Below are positions 1-13,085 of a stretch of DNA of 64,000 nucleotides, one piece after another. Under the pieces are notes generated by a model. It saw nothing but the letters and a program-made list of their open reading frames with translations, made no database searches and was not told where the DNA came from. The stretch is taken from NCBI GenBank assembly GCA_051362555.1, contig CM120642.1:33914001-33978000 (forward strand), read 5' to 3'. This stretch comes from Lingula anatina. Lineage: Eukaryota > Animalia > Brachiopoda. Each line of letters starts with the position of its first letter. Positions within the stretch are counted from its first letter, which is position 1. Both the position numbers and the translations under genes were made by a program.

Positions 1-122
1 TTTTAAGGAAGCAAATTGCTTGATTATAATGTGTCGCATACCAATGTGCCTCTAGTTTCAATATTAACAGAATTATAGATTCATGAATTAGTTCGTTTTT
101 TTTAGCTAATTGCATACATACA

Positions 123-428
123 CAGGGGCAGATCCAGGATTATTTGAAGGGGGGTCCGGAACGACAGGCCTCGGATGCGAGGCCGAAATCGCCCCCTTGA
201 TGTGGGATTTGGGGCCTGCTCAAGGGCCCCGGAATTTTTTTTGGTAATTTGGAGAACTAACAGTGCCCTTTGGAACTGTTTAGAACTATAATTTAGCTAG
301 TCAAAATTCTAATTTCAAGAGGGGAATATCGGTGTGATATATTTTTCAGAAACCGAAAGGGGGGGGGGGGGGGGGGGGGTCAGGACTACCCTGACACCCC
401 CCCCCCCCCCCCTCTAAATCCGCCAGTG
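123..428. mobile_element. MITE-like dispersed repeat
   Basis: Imperfect terminal inverted repeats (CAGGGGCAGATCC...AAATCCGCCAGTG) and G/C homopolymer runs. The left end recurs inverted at ~60592-60648 (TTCAAATAATCCTTGATCCGCCCCTG). Confidence 0.55.
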
Positions 429-529
429 CATAAAAACATATATGCTATATCAGGAATGGAAATAGTACCAATAACAAGAAACCAAGAAGAGAAAGTGGAA
501 GTAGGGGGATAAAGATGCTACACTTTTCT

Positions 530-892
530 TTAGGTATGGCACTTAAGGATTACACGCAAAAACAGTGAGAAATGAGAAGGTGAGGGAGATCCTAGGGAAG
601 ACAAAGCTCGGTGACAAAACAAGGGGGTGGAGACTTCACTGCTGTGGGCATTTTAGACGGCGGGAAGAAAAATATGTGGGACAAAAAAAAAAATGCTGGG
701 AATGAAACCACCAGGAGAGAGGAAACAAGGGAGGCCAGTGGAAAGATTTATGGATGCGATCAAAGGGGATATGCAAGAGACGGGAGTGGAAGATGACCAT
801 GCGCGGAACCGGTGTGGGTGGAGACAGATAATCCGCCTTGGTGACCCCTGAAAAGGGACAGTCCCGAAAGATACAGAAGAAGGAGAAGAAGA
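530..892 (+). mobile_element. 5'-truncated, degenerate RTE-clade LINE 3' end
   Basis: Broken-frame translation VRNEKVREILGKTKLGDK..RLHCCGHFRRREE..GRPVERFMDAIKGDMQETGV..RNRCGWRQIIRLGDP*, followed by a GAA-rich tail. This is typical of the C-terminus of an RTE ORF. Confidence 0.75.
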
Positions 893-940
893 TCAAGACA
901 TTCTGCATCCAAAGTAAAGCAAAGTTCGTCATAAACTCAC

Positions 941-1061
941 CCTTCTGCGCCCCTTTACTCAGAACCTCCCTGTGAAATTTTTTGACTGTTACAAGATATA
1001 AACAGACTGCAAATAAAAATCCAACAGCAATTAAACGCTGTAATAGTATTAACCTTGCCAT
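941..1061 (-). CDS. First coding exon (type II membrane signal-anchor) of a probable MGAT4C-like glycosyltransferase paralog continuing off the left edge
   Basis: MARLILLQRLIAVGFLFAVCLYLVTVKKFHREVLSKGAQK, then G|GTGAG (phase-1 donor). Its 3' end is homologous to exon 1 of the pseudogene at 11365-11421 (..FYRDSLHYGAQK G|GTGAG). Confidence 0.6.
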
Positions 1062-4000
1062 AGTTCCACCACTTTCCTTGCCAAAGACACACCTGGTACG
1101 CTATTATATATATAAATTATATATTATATATTAAGTACGTGGATGATCGTGGTTTATATAATTAACAAGGACTAATACGCCTATGCAGATCTTCAATGCT
1201 ATGGTAAATGTAACCCGTGCTACTCATTTATTAATACATTGTGCATTTAAATGTTTTATAATGCTCACAACGTAATAAAAAGATGTACTATAATAATGTA
1301 ATGTAATATAAGCCTTATATGATATTGTATTATCTCTAGGTTGAATTTTGCATCTTTGTGTTGAAAGTTATCACCACTGGGCCACAAGCAACCGGCACTG
1401 AAGTCAATACTGTTAAAATGTTGGAAAGTTGACAAAAATCCTCATTTTGCTGTGTTCACACTGGGTTGTAAGACATACCAGAGAAGTAGATTGCTTCTAC
1501 ATGTATGGACATACTATATTTGCTGCGAATATGAGTCAGGGGTAGCTTAAATTCACACTTATAAGATATTCCATTGAGTAAGATAGCAAGATAATTTTTG
1601 CCCGAATCCCATCATTTTTATTTCAACGTACGCCAATTTTTGTGCGTTTTTATTTTTAAGCATATAAATGGCTATTTTCACCAAAATGACAAATAATTTG
1701 GAAAATATACGGAGCCAAATATGAAACAAGAAGTCTGGTGTCAAGATTATATTGTAGTTGCCGTAGGCCTGGTCCTGCCATTCACTGCCACTGTTACAGT
1801 TTCCAGTTACCGTTGTACAAAGAGTAAAACTAAAAGAGTATTCGCTGACGCTCGGTCCCAGACATAACGCGAAGGTTATGAACGCTTATACGGGTCTGGG
1901 GCGCTTATTAAAATGACGGCTTGTACGTGTATCATAGAAAGTTCTTTTTTAGTTATACCTTTTCCCATGCAGTTAATTTCAAGTTTAGAACTGATTGCTG
2001 TGTCGTGTCTAGCGTACTTGTTAGGTTTTTAGGCCTACATCGTATTTCAGTATTTCCTCTTCTCTTCACCACATTTGACTTTTTTTTTTTGTTTCGTTAT
2101 TTTAGTGACTAAAAGCGCTAGTTTAAACTTTTGGGATCAGAAAGTTTTTGACGAAAAAGCATATCAAAATTATGAAAAAACATAGACTGATCAATAGATC
2201 TAATGCTGCTGAAGCTCCTGTTACATGTACACAGAGCTTGCGATCGCCTGGAAAACGAATTTTCGCCCATTCTCACAAATGTGAGCCAAAAGAAAAGGCT
2301 CCAACATTTAATTTAGCTCATTAACACTGGTGTATGAATTTGATGTTAACTATCAAATATTGTCAAAGCCCAACGTTAGCAAAAATTCATAAACCAAGCG
2401 ACCAAAGAAGTGATGAATTTATTATGTAGGAGGGTATGGTCACTTCTATCAATGTGGTATCTGTTTGTTATAGGTGTCGAACTAGCAAGGGTGCGGAATC
2501 TCAAGCAAAACGTACTTTATATTACAAACACAAAAAAATGTGAGCTTCAACTACACAGAATTTTTATTGTATTGAAAACATTGTGCAGCGACCAAATCTT
2601 GCATACAATTTTCGACATGCAAGTGCAATATATGTTTACATATTTTAGTTATCATCAAAATGCTATTGTCTCTCACTATAAATGCAGATTTGGATTTATG
2701 TATAGGAGATGTAGCCCATATAGCGAAAGGACCGAAGAACTAGGAGGTACTATCGAGGAAGACACAAATCTCCCTGGGAATGCTAACTGGGATTCTTATT
2801 ATTTTACTGACCCATGAAATAACCAGTTAGTTCTGTGCTCTTCCGTCCGCGTCAGTTCTGTCAGGGAACAAACTTATTTTGTCTCCAAGTAATTGTTTTA
2901 CTATTTAAGATATCTTTGATTTTAAGTTGATTGTTTAACGCGCTGACTAGTCCTCTGACGATCTATATCCAGATATGTCAATATGACAGTACACAAAATA
3001 AGTAGAGTGAATGATATGCATACTTGAAAAAAGTTCATGTAGTGCCCGTACTCGTACCATGAAATACAACCTCTATCCTTCTTATCTTGAAAAGTAAAAA
3101 AAAAAAAGCTTACTTAAAAATATTTTGGAAGAACGTTTTTGCTCCTTGTATTAAGCTACAGAAGTGTAATTGCAAGTCACGACTTTCCTTTTGGCGCCCC
3201 TTGAGTGGTTTTTCCTTGTTTATCTTTGAAGTAAATGTCCCGCGACATATTAGGTCCTTTCCTGGACTTCTCTTCCGAAGAAGACCAGTCCCCCTGATGC
3301 TGGAATAAAGACTGTTTGTGGAAGATGCGCTTTTTCTGAGTCATCGAAGTTAGGAAATGATCGATAAGACAATCACAAGGTTGCTCGTCGTAAAATAAAA
3401 TCAAGTACCTTGCAAATTTTTCCAGGTCTTTGGACTTGAACAGTTTCCCAATAAATCCAAGAATAGAAAATTCTAAACATATCCATGGCTTTTTGCTATT
3501 TTCTATGATAAAAGCACGTATGTCTTTGGTGAATCCACGGGCTGGAATCACATCGTCTTCAATCTGAATATAGTATTCTGAAATATTTCTTCCGTACAGA
3601 AACATAAAAGCATAATCAACATTCTGTTTCGATCGCCATTTTACTTTCTCCGGAGAATCATTATAATTCCTCTTCAAATTTTCTAACGGAGGGTAATTTT
3701 TTCTGGAACTTGCATCACTAGAATAAATCCACTCTTGACGTAATCATCAAATTTTGCGCTGATACTTTTCAAGACATTTTCATTATATTGTGTATCAAAA
3801 TTTGCCAGGAACACCAATAAAACAATTTTCTCCCTCTCACTTGGTGACGTCACGTTTATTATGTAAGAAATCGTCTGCAACAGATACACGGTCCCCTTTG
3901 CTCATTTGACAGACGGAATACCAATGGTAAGAAATCCTGAAACATTTCAATTGAGAAATATTAACCAACTGTTAATATTAGATAGTTTAAAGTTGAATGA

Positions 4001-4508
4001 CAGAACAGGATAGAACCGTAAAATGCATGTTTACAGAGATTACAGAGAGAATAAAAAAGTTTTTTCTGTTCTTCAAAACTTTCTTTTTCTCAAATTGTTA
4101 AACTTGGTGCAAGGAGTAAACATTTTGATTGCATCTGAAAGCAGTTATATATTGAAAAATATTAATGAAAAATAAGATATTTACGGTTTAGGGAATCTGG
4201 TTAGATAGATAGATGGATAGATAGATAGATAGACAGATAGAGTAGCATTCTAGACTTTTCTTCTGCCTGTGTTTCCCAAAAACAGACACATCCCCGAGTT
4301 CCATGGCATCCCATCGAGAAAAAACAGAAGGACTCTGGTCCACGCTTGTCTGAAAAAAATAATTTAAATTCCTTCATCTTTGCAATAGTACAAAGCTGTG
4401 TAGCGCTAAAGTCACCACAGAGAGAACAAATATAACGGGAGTTTTTTGTTTGTGTAGGGGGTTTAGGTTCAAATACGTTTTATATTTTCATTTAACAGAT
4501 GTTGAAAC

Positions 4509-7500
4509 CAAGGAGTTATAACAGAAGGAGATTACACGCGTGGAGGTGGAGCCCGTATTACGGTCTCTCATTGGTCGGAATGAATAGAACCCAGAGAACA
4601 ATGGATGCCTATCTCTGTTACGCTTAATTGGTACTCTCGTTTAAATCTCGTTTGTCAGAATAGATGCCTTCGTCTGTCGTTTGGAGAGGACACAAACAGA
4701 AACGCAGTCAAAAGTTTCTTAAAATGAGAGAATTACAGAATTTATATGATATTACGTTGGACAAGGTTTTCAAAAAACAGGTAAGTGCTTTTAAATGCAT
4801 AACTACACGAAATATGAAGATAAATTGCAACTTTTATGTCGTAGGGTCTCACTGTGTAAGTGTCCAGCTACACGTTGATCTCGCGAGGTGGTGTGTGGAG
4901 AATAAATATTGCACGAAAAATATTTCCCACTCATAACAAGTGCCTATAAATATAGTATCAGATGAAGAAAGTTTGGTCTTTATACAGTTGCAATTGTTAA
5001 GTAATTTCTGGCAATAGCAAAGAATAAAACTTGGGTGCACTTTCAGTAGCCGAATAACAAGCAGATGCTTAAGCCGCCATCTTGTTAATATTTCGAAAAA
5101 AAATTACTCCAAAAGACATTTTCCTCCTCCTATTTGAAACTTGTGTCACATGACAGTCATAAAATTTAACTAATTGTTATGTATGCAACACACTTGCTTG
5201 AGCAGTATTGTTTTTTTTTGCGATTTTACATGTGGTCTAGCTTGGATACGACAATTGACAATTTTCATGAGTTCCGATCAAAAAGTGTTACGCTTGTTAC
5301 GGCCAAAAGCCTTACCGCTTTTTGTACTTTTCAAATGCAAGATTATAAAAAAATTTGGTGTGTTTAGATTCTTGAACATCTTGGTCGTGGCGTGGTATAT
5401 ATTGCATGGATTCTGCTCCAATATTTCTTGAAAAAAATAACCTGATTTGTTCAGAATACCAATTTTTTACTCTAGTGTTATGGGTTAAATGTACCATTTT
5501 GGCCTTTACCTTTTTCATGTTTAAATCTAAAAAGACTTATCATGACAGTTGGTCATCATTTTTCTTCTCACCATGGTGGGTGGCTTTGGAGTGGTAACTT
5601 TGTTGTTAAAGTAAAGTGCTCAGTTTTTTAGACTGGAAAATTTTGCCTCCACCCAGCATTTTCCATCATGGCGGTCTAACAGGAAGTTTGACTTTATGGC
5701 ATAGTTATTTTTAACTTATTTAGTCTTCTTTTTACATATATGTGTTTTAATTTATATTAAACCTTTGAAAAAAGAACACATATGAATCCTGGTGCTTTTA
5801 ATTTAAAGTCTAAAGGTTTTAAGTTCACCTAGGCTATACCAATTACTTAACCTGTTATCTCACTACACATCTCCTTTTGAGTCAAGGTGTGTAAGACACA
5901 CCTTACTGTGTAAGACACCTCTATAATTAAGGGGTACTTGCTTCTCTACATTAATTATACTTCACTACTTTGGCATGTTAGGTGGCAAGCTTGGATGTTT
6001 CTGTTCATTTTAAGAAAGAAGCTTTGCCTTGGTGGTTACAAAAGAATAGAACTCTATTAAGGTTTATTCATTACTTGAAAGTAAATATTTCATCTTGCAG
6101 TGTTGAATCAGAAATTCTCTCAAAATTGATAATGAATTTTACATGCTTATCTTAACACTACTCAAGTTTTTTTTATTCTATTATAGATATGGGAGGCGCT
6201 TGCATTGAATACATGAATTATGGTCAGGCTGGAAAAAATTAAAATATGTCAATGAAAAAAGGAGGTCAGCGTGTCTGGGGTAAGTTACTTTTGTCATAAT
6301 GCCTACAATGCATTAAACATTCACTAACAACAGTACCCTTTTTTAAATTTTTTTCAAAATACAACAACCTTGGGCATTTTCCTTTTAGCAACCAGCCTCT
6401 CTGAAATCCCCTTTTTGTCCTGTCAGAAGAGTAGGAACAAGGGCGGATGTAAATAATTTCTTGTAATAAGTACAATTGCTTTCAATTTCTTGGGGTTATT
6501 AGCTTGTGATCATGAATCTTGATATTCTATATAAATTTAGTTGTAAATTGTTCATTTATGTGGTGAACATTATTTCAGTCAAGTCAAAACAAGACACATT
6601 AAACTTCACTGCGTAATTCCATAATGTCTTCATGGATACTAGTAGTTCATAATGCTATTATTATGTTTTTTTTTTTTTCTAACCTACAGGTTTCTCTCTT
6701 TTCTGAGTGGCATGGCATTGGCAGGCAGAAGGAAAGGCCCTGAAGAAATTCTCACTTGAGTTGTCCTTTTTGGAGAAGAAACTGGATAAGACTGGCCAAC
6801 AGAGATTGCATTAAATTAATAGTGCTCCTTCATGACATTTTAAAATATTTTCAGTCACCTAACTGACTCTATACCTTTCAAAAGTTGACATAAATTTTAT
6901 GTTACTGTCACGTGGAAAAAAATTCAAAACCTATATATAATTTGTTGAGTGCCATGGTATAACAGTCTACTTGATTGCCAGTAAAATTTGGACTGTTTCA
7001 GTGAAATTTCTTTAAAGCAGTCACTTACTGGCCCAGTTAATTTTTTCAGCTGTAACATGTACTCCAGTTCATTTTATAAATGTTCTTACTAAGTGTTGTC
7101 TTGATTTATAATAACCTTTTGAAAATCCCATGTTTTTTATCCTATTTGTAAGAATTAGCCACTTTATCTTCTAGGGGTTTTTTTTCATTCAGCCCATTAG
7201 ATTCTCAGACCTTGCTGGCCTGTGAGTGGAATAGTATCTGGCACAGACTGGTATCAGCAAGTCAGATAAAAAAGAATATAATAATTTCTATTTGCACGGT
7301 TGAAAAAAATGCCAACATAGACTGCATAAAACTGGAAAACCATAGCAACTTAGTCATTCTTATGACTTCATTAAATACTGCTTACGTGTAAAATTTTGTT
7401 TTTGTTCTTCTATTGATATAATAAAATGGTTTTACTCATGATGCTTGAGTATAGAGTTGACTTAAAAGATATTTTAAGTTAATATAGTAAATAATAGTTT

Positions 7501-8369
7501 GAAATTCAAAATTCTCATCTTTATTTGTTTCACTTTAAAGAGCTCAGTTAATACTAAAATTTCTGATATATTTTGTATATAAATATATTTATGAATGAAT
7601 AAAAATTATTCTTAATGTTTAGCACTGTGTACTTGTTTACCGACAAATATGAAGTGTTAGTATGTGTCAAAATAATCCTGAAAAAAAGGGAGATTTCCAA
7701 GATAAAGAAATTTATAACGAGTATTTAGTAAACTGGCATGTCGTGGCATTGCCTCAACCTTTGATTAAAATTTCACTTTAATGCATTATGATATTAAAAT
7801 TATACCGAGTGAGAGAAAAAAATACTTAAAGAAATTTAAAACCAGTCACAAAGCTTAGGCACTGTCTCAATGTATATGTTTATGGGACCCAAGGGCAGGA
7901 GGGTCCAAACGTTTATGTATTAATATTATGTTCTTTGGCAGTGAGGACAGACGTTAACTTGAATGTCATTTTCACAAACCACAGTTGGGACGTTTTCTTT
8001 TGACTTATCCTTGGTGATTTTTCACTGAGTTGTGCAAAAGAAAAGCCATCTATCACCGACTCAAAAAAAACTCATGGCGACCATCCTCAGTCACCACCTT
8101 ATAATCGCTTTCTATGATATCGTTCCCTCCCAGCACATCGTCCAAATAACTACCTGTGCAAAAAATCGTCAGCATACAGCGCCGCTTTGACACTACTGAT
8201 CTCGAACTCTAACGCGAAATAACGCATATAAAATCAATCTCCAAGCGGAGGAGAGCGACCCAGACGAAACCTTGAGACAGGAGGCCCCCCGTAGCTAGCT
8301 CCGCCCACCGTAACAGACATCGGACAATAGAGAGGCTTGCGTGTAATCTCCTTCTGTTATAACTCCTTG
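4509..8369. mobile_element. Non-autonomous P-element-like DNA transposon
   Basis: Perfect 31-bp TIR CAAGGAGTTATAACAGAAGGAGATTACACGC (4509-4539 and 8339-8369). 7-bp TSD TTGAAAC (4502-4508 and 8370-8376). CA..TG termini. No intact transposase ORF. Confidence 0.8.
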
Positions 8370-8442
8370 TTGAAACTGACACCTTAACCGTAGGCTGTCA
8401 TACAAACTCCCGCGTCTTTTCTGTAGGCGTCGCTTGATAATA

Positions 8443-10380
8443 GGGGAGAGCGGGGTGGGTTGGAACGCGGGTAAGTTGGAACATTGGCTTTATTTCTTAA
8501 ATCACAAGACCGATCATGTGCTCCTTCAGCATAAAAATGTCACGTGGCATGGTCATTCATCCGGTAAACTTGTGGAAGTTTCGAAAATGCAGTAAAAGTT
8601 TTATGCGAAAAAAACTTATTTTTGCTACTCGAAGTAAGTTTTCATATTTTTGACATTTATCGTGCTGTAAACTAAAGTATAAGGATTATATCACTGAAAT
8701 TGTGCATAGCGTTTAGGACCACCTTGATGTTCAAAAAGCTGTTGTTTTTTTTTAACACTTCCCACGTGTTAAAGAAATACAGTGTCATAAGTAGGCCATG
8801 ACGTCATGGGGGCTGGTCGGAACATTTGACATGGGGCCAGTTGGAACACTGTCAGGGGTGTTCCAACCCACCCCGCACGGTGTTTTTCATTTTTTTAAAC
8901 CTCTCTAAATATTTTAATTTCAACTTTGAAGAGAGTAGTAACGTAGTAACCCAGTACAACTCCAACTGGAGACGGAATCTAGCTGATAGAACATCTCCAT
9001 GATGCCGGAATGTACATGCGTTTAGAAGATACAAGGGGGGATGGTCACTGCTTGTTAAATGCAGTTGCTAGCTGTTTGGTCGAATAGGGGTCTGCATGCC
9101 CACTGTTGCTTTTTGCGATAAATTGCTTTTAGATGTGGAAGGAAATGTCGATTATTACTCTGCTTTTCGCGGCAAAATGAAAATATTCTAGCTGAGAGCC
9201 TATGTTATGGATAAACTATACAACACCAATTCTGCCGATATTGTTTTAAATGCTTTGTGTAATGGATTGGGGGTTGCTGTTAATGTTTAGTGAACGAGGG
9301 TACAAAATCCGCCAGAAAAGACAAACATTCACCTCGTAACTTAGGCAAAGATTCAGTTGAAATCTCAGTTGCCCTCACCGGAAGAGGTTCTACAACACAC
9401 TAAAGCGCACTTAAGAAAACCCCAAAACAGCTCAAGTCCAGAGGCTCACCGTCGCAGTCCAAAGATTAAAAGAAGAAAACGATGCAGTGCAGTACTAACT
9501 GACACACCTGAAAATGAGCTACTCGAAAAAGAAAAGGCCAAGCCCAACAAAATTAAAAAGGACAAGCGCAACAAAAATAAAAAACAGTTAAAGATTTCTA
9601 GTCGATAGAGAAAATCAAGAAAAAGGAAATTAAAGATGACCAGCGATTCTGTGTCAGAAGAAGAGTGGCCATGTCTGGTTTGTGGGGAGCCGTTCATTAA
9701 CAGCCGACCAAAAGAGAAATGGGTTAAATGCATTGTTTGTCTAAAGTGGTCACATGAAGACTGCACAAAGGTTGACCAAGTGTACATGTATATGTCAGAA
9801 CTGCGATTTTGATTCTGAGTTGTTGAGTTGAAAGAGATACAGTTTTCATTTGTAGGTCTAACATACTGTTGTTAATAGGTTGAGATATATGAGTTCAATT
9901 TCTTTTCTCTTAAACTACACCACTTTGGTTATCATTATGAAATGAAGTGTAACTGGATATGGTTTATACATCGAAAAGACTATTTGAAAGCAAATTGTAA
10001 ACGTAAAAAATGCTTACAAACTATGGAGATACGAATACAAAGTAACACTTACTTGTTGGGAAATTAATATAGATAATCCTACTCTTAAAATGAATTATAC
10101 TTTGAATTTATATGCAAGCGTTCCAACTCGCCCTCTTGTTCCAACTCACCCCACTGCCTGTTCCAACTGACCCCGCGGGTGGGGTGAGATGGAACGTTTT
10201 AGGAGGCAACTTTGAGCATTTATAACTCTAAAATAAAAAGACCTACTTGATGTTTTATTTCATAGATGAGTGCGGCATATAATTTTCCCCTATCAGATTT
10301 TTTATTTTTGTCCCCAAAGCTTTGACTGCTGAGATATCGCAAAAAAGGTGAAAACTGTTCCAACCAACCCCGCTCTCCCC
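8443..10380 (+). mobile_element. Internally deleted Tc1/mariner (pogo-like) DNA transposon with OTU-like and PHD-finger relics
   Basis: TIR GGGGAGAGCGGGGT(G/T)GGTTGGAAC with TA TSD (8441-8442 and 10381-10382) and subterminal GTTCCAAC repeats. PHD-like WPCLVCGEPF..EKWVKCIVCLKWSHEDC at ~9665-9805. OTU-like TRGDGHCLLNAV at ~9031-9066. Confidence 0.85.
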
Positions 10381-10477
10381 TATCACTGGCTTACAGCCAT
10401 CCAAATTGCTGTAAGCCACTATACACCCCAAATCATGCAAAGGAAATTCATTTCCATTATTGAATTTTTATTGTTAA

Positions 10478-10478
<1 letters not shown>

Positions 10479-10521
<43 letters not shown>

Positions 10522-10620
10522 CCCCATCATTGACTCGTCACTTCACCCGGGGTGTAGGTCTACTCAAGAGCGCAGAGCGCAGGAAACAGGTGTCGTGTGT
10601 GTGTGTGTGTGTGTGTGTGT
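10479..10620. repeat. (ATT)n and (GT)n microsatellites
   Basis: Seen directly: ATT run ~10479-10521 and GT run ~10595-10620. Confidence 0.9.
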
Positions 10621-12365
10621 TGGGAGGCAGGTATCCTTTCAATATCAAAAAAGTAATAGAGACCGTGAGAAGGGTTTGATTCGCACTGCCTAATTACCCC
10701 TTCATCTTCTGCTTATTACTGATGTAGACTGATAAAAAAAGGAGTGGGACTCAGCCCCGTAACTCCTTACTTACACGTCCCCACTTTACAAGATGGCGAT
10801 ACATGGAAAGATGACCATCATCCATTAAAACAGTATAACCAAAACGTCCATTTATTTTATGCGTCATGCCTTGGGGCTCCAATATAATTACTAAACGACA
10901 CAGCAATGAAACTAAATCTTTTTAGGAAATCTTTTACGTGCAGAGAAGAGCAAGAAATAAAACAGCCTCATTACGCTAAGGCAAATTCTCAAATGTCGCA
11001 TACACTGTAAGCACAGATGTCATAGAAATATTACCCGTTTCTTTTCAATCTGTGAATCTCTTTTCAGATCTGAGTATGCGTCTGAAATAAACAAAATGAG
11101 AGTTGCGTTACATTGTTCTTTTTAAAACCATTGTAATGCATTATCTTACTATGAAAGCAATTTTCTGATTCAAAACATGTCGCATTTAGATCAAAGCACC
11201 CTTTTCACTATAAATAAAAAATGAAGAGGTCATAAATGTCGTTACGCATACGCCTGAAATATATCAGTCTTTTAGAAAAGCTTTCCTGTTTTCATTGATT
11301 TAGAAATCTTCCACATTCTCGATCGGTCATCACCACAAAACAGCAAAATTCAACACAAACTCACCTTTCTGTGCTCCATAATGGAGAGAATCACGGTAAA
11401 AAGTTGTTTAAGTTGTGCCATACTTCCTCTGAATTACCATTGAAATACAAACCAGTGACTTAAATGAAATGCGCCCCTCAGACGTGTTATCTTAAAGATG
11501 GATCTTAAAGAGATATGGAAGTCGGACAGTCCCTTATCGTTGTAACTTATCACTAATTATCTTTAATAATTATAACAATTGTATTCAGCATTAAATTTGT
11601 TCATATTCATAGGCTCTCTGAGACGCTGTCCAACTACAGAATTGCCACAGACTTATATAACTCAATAAAAAAGACGCATTATAAGACGCGGGATTGATGG
11701 ATCTATCCCGTCCTCGCCCGAGGGCCTCTCCACCTCGAGAGGTACTATAGTACTCTTAAGCGGGCACTCCTTTTTGAGAGATAGGTTACTTAAATTATAG
11801 CCTGATATGTAAAATAATATGTAAATGTAATATGTAAAAGAGTCGCCTATACGGATCATCCTTAACAGCAGATGGGAACTTGTGGAGAATTTAGAAATAG
11901 AGGGTAAAAAAGCGTAATTACATTTTAGGACTGATGGACCGGCCTGATTAATATTCTTCTCAATATTAATAGGCCCTTGGTTGCCCCCCCCCCCCCCCCC
12001 CTTACACCTGCCCTTTTGCATTTTGCTGATTTTTCTGTTTACTCCATTTTATTCATTAATCTATTATTTTATTTTTCAATTTTTCCTAGGACCCGAGTCA
12101 TATCAGTAAAGGAGTGACAGTTAGGCTACATACATATGTCCAAGAGTTTCACATAGAGTTGGGGGTGATGTTTTGGGATCCCAGTACTTTTATTAAAAAC
12201 CTAACTTGAAGTGCTATATTTTCAGTTTATTTATTTATTTTTTAGAATACACGCGTCTTCAAAGTATATTCCAAGATGAAACTAACATCACCTAAATGTG
12301 ACGTTTTAGTGAAACGGATCTTAACAGTTGGGTAAACACTAACAAACTTTACAAAAGAAAGATAC

Positions 12366-13085
12366 CCTTTTGTAGTAATTCTTTATCTTGGTTGCCATGT
12401 CAACTTGCATGAGGATAGGTGGGAATTCCTCCGAGTACTCTGCCAAAATCAGTTCTCCACCCATCCCTGTGAGATCTTGGGGGGTTCTCATGAGAAACAT
12501 CTCACCTCCTCCAGAGGCCAGTCACTCATGTTCTCTCATCTGAAAGTAACACTGATAAATTGGAAGTCAAATATTATCATTACTGACATTAACTGGGCAC
12601 TCTTTAAAAAAACTACATGTACTTAAATCATTTTTACCTTTACTTAAGCTTTGTTAGCAGGCCGAACTAACGCCTAATACAAACAATGCAAACTGACATA
12701 GACATCCACAGACACAAAGATGGAAGGTTTATTTTGTACCTTTTTGTAACTTATGTATCAGGCTAATGGAATTGTTCTTACATAACAATTCAAACAGAAC
12801 TGGAAGATTAATATGATCACACTTTTTGAATTAAAAAAAAAGATCAAAATAGAGCAATAACAGGATGAGCATCTGTATGGTCTTACTTTGAAACCGTCAA
12901 TTATAACTCATCCTTGCCTTCCTTCTTATAGTTTTCAGTAGAGGCAGTAAGGCCTGTGGTCCGTGCTGAGACATGGGTCCATGAGAATACTTCTTGAGGG
13001 GAGGACGATGAAAATTCCGCAGTTTCATGGTGCCCATGTGTGTCGGGAAAAATGGCTGCCGGAGTTCACATGCTGGAGTGGAATG
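12366..13085 (-). pseudogene. TAF1: Two-exon pseudogenised fragment of TFIID subunit 1
   Basis: Exon 13085-12912 encodes [58 protein letters not shown]. Exon 12539-12366 encodes [57 protein letters not shown]. Both match the conserved TAF1 central region. There is an in-frame TGA, a donor mutated to ATGAGT, and no other TAF1 exons were seen. Confidence 0.9.

Larger units (their letters stand above)
3177..11421 (-). pseudogene. MGAT4C-like (GT54, GlcNAc-transferase IV family) pseudogene
   Basis: Exons 11421-11365, 11081-11035, 4349-4256 and 3936-~3177 with compatible phases. GT54 motifs FLTIGIPSVK, KWRSKQNVDYAFM, YYIQIEDDV, LEFSILGFIGKLF and SLFQH. Lesions: TGA at a conserved Arg (3902-3904), a 1-nt frameshift near 3697, a frameshifting deletion of the TM segment in exon 1, a weak GTCTAG donor, and a degraded C-terminus. 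Confidence 0.85.

Noticed and set aside
3902-3904. In-frame TGA as possible selenocysteine or readthrough (also the TGA in the TAF1 fragment)
   Set aside because: Both fall at conserved Arg positions (CGA>TGA CpG decay) and co-occur with other disabling lesions.
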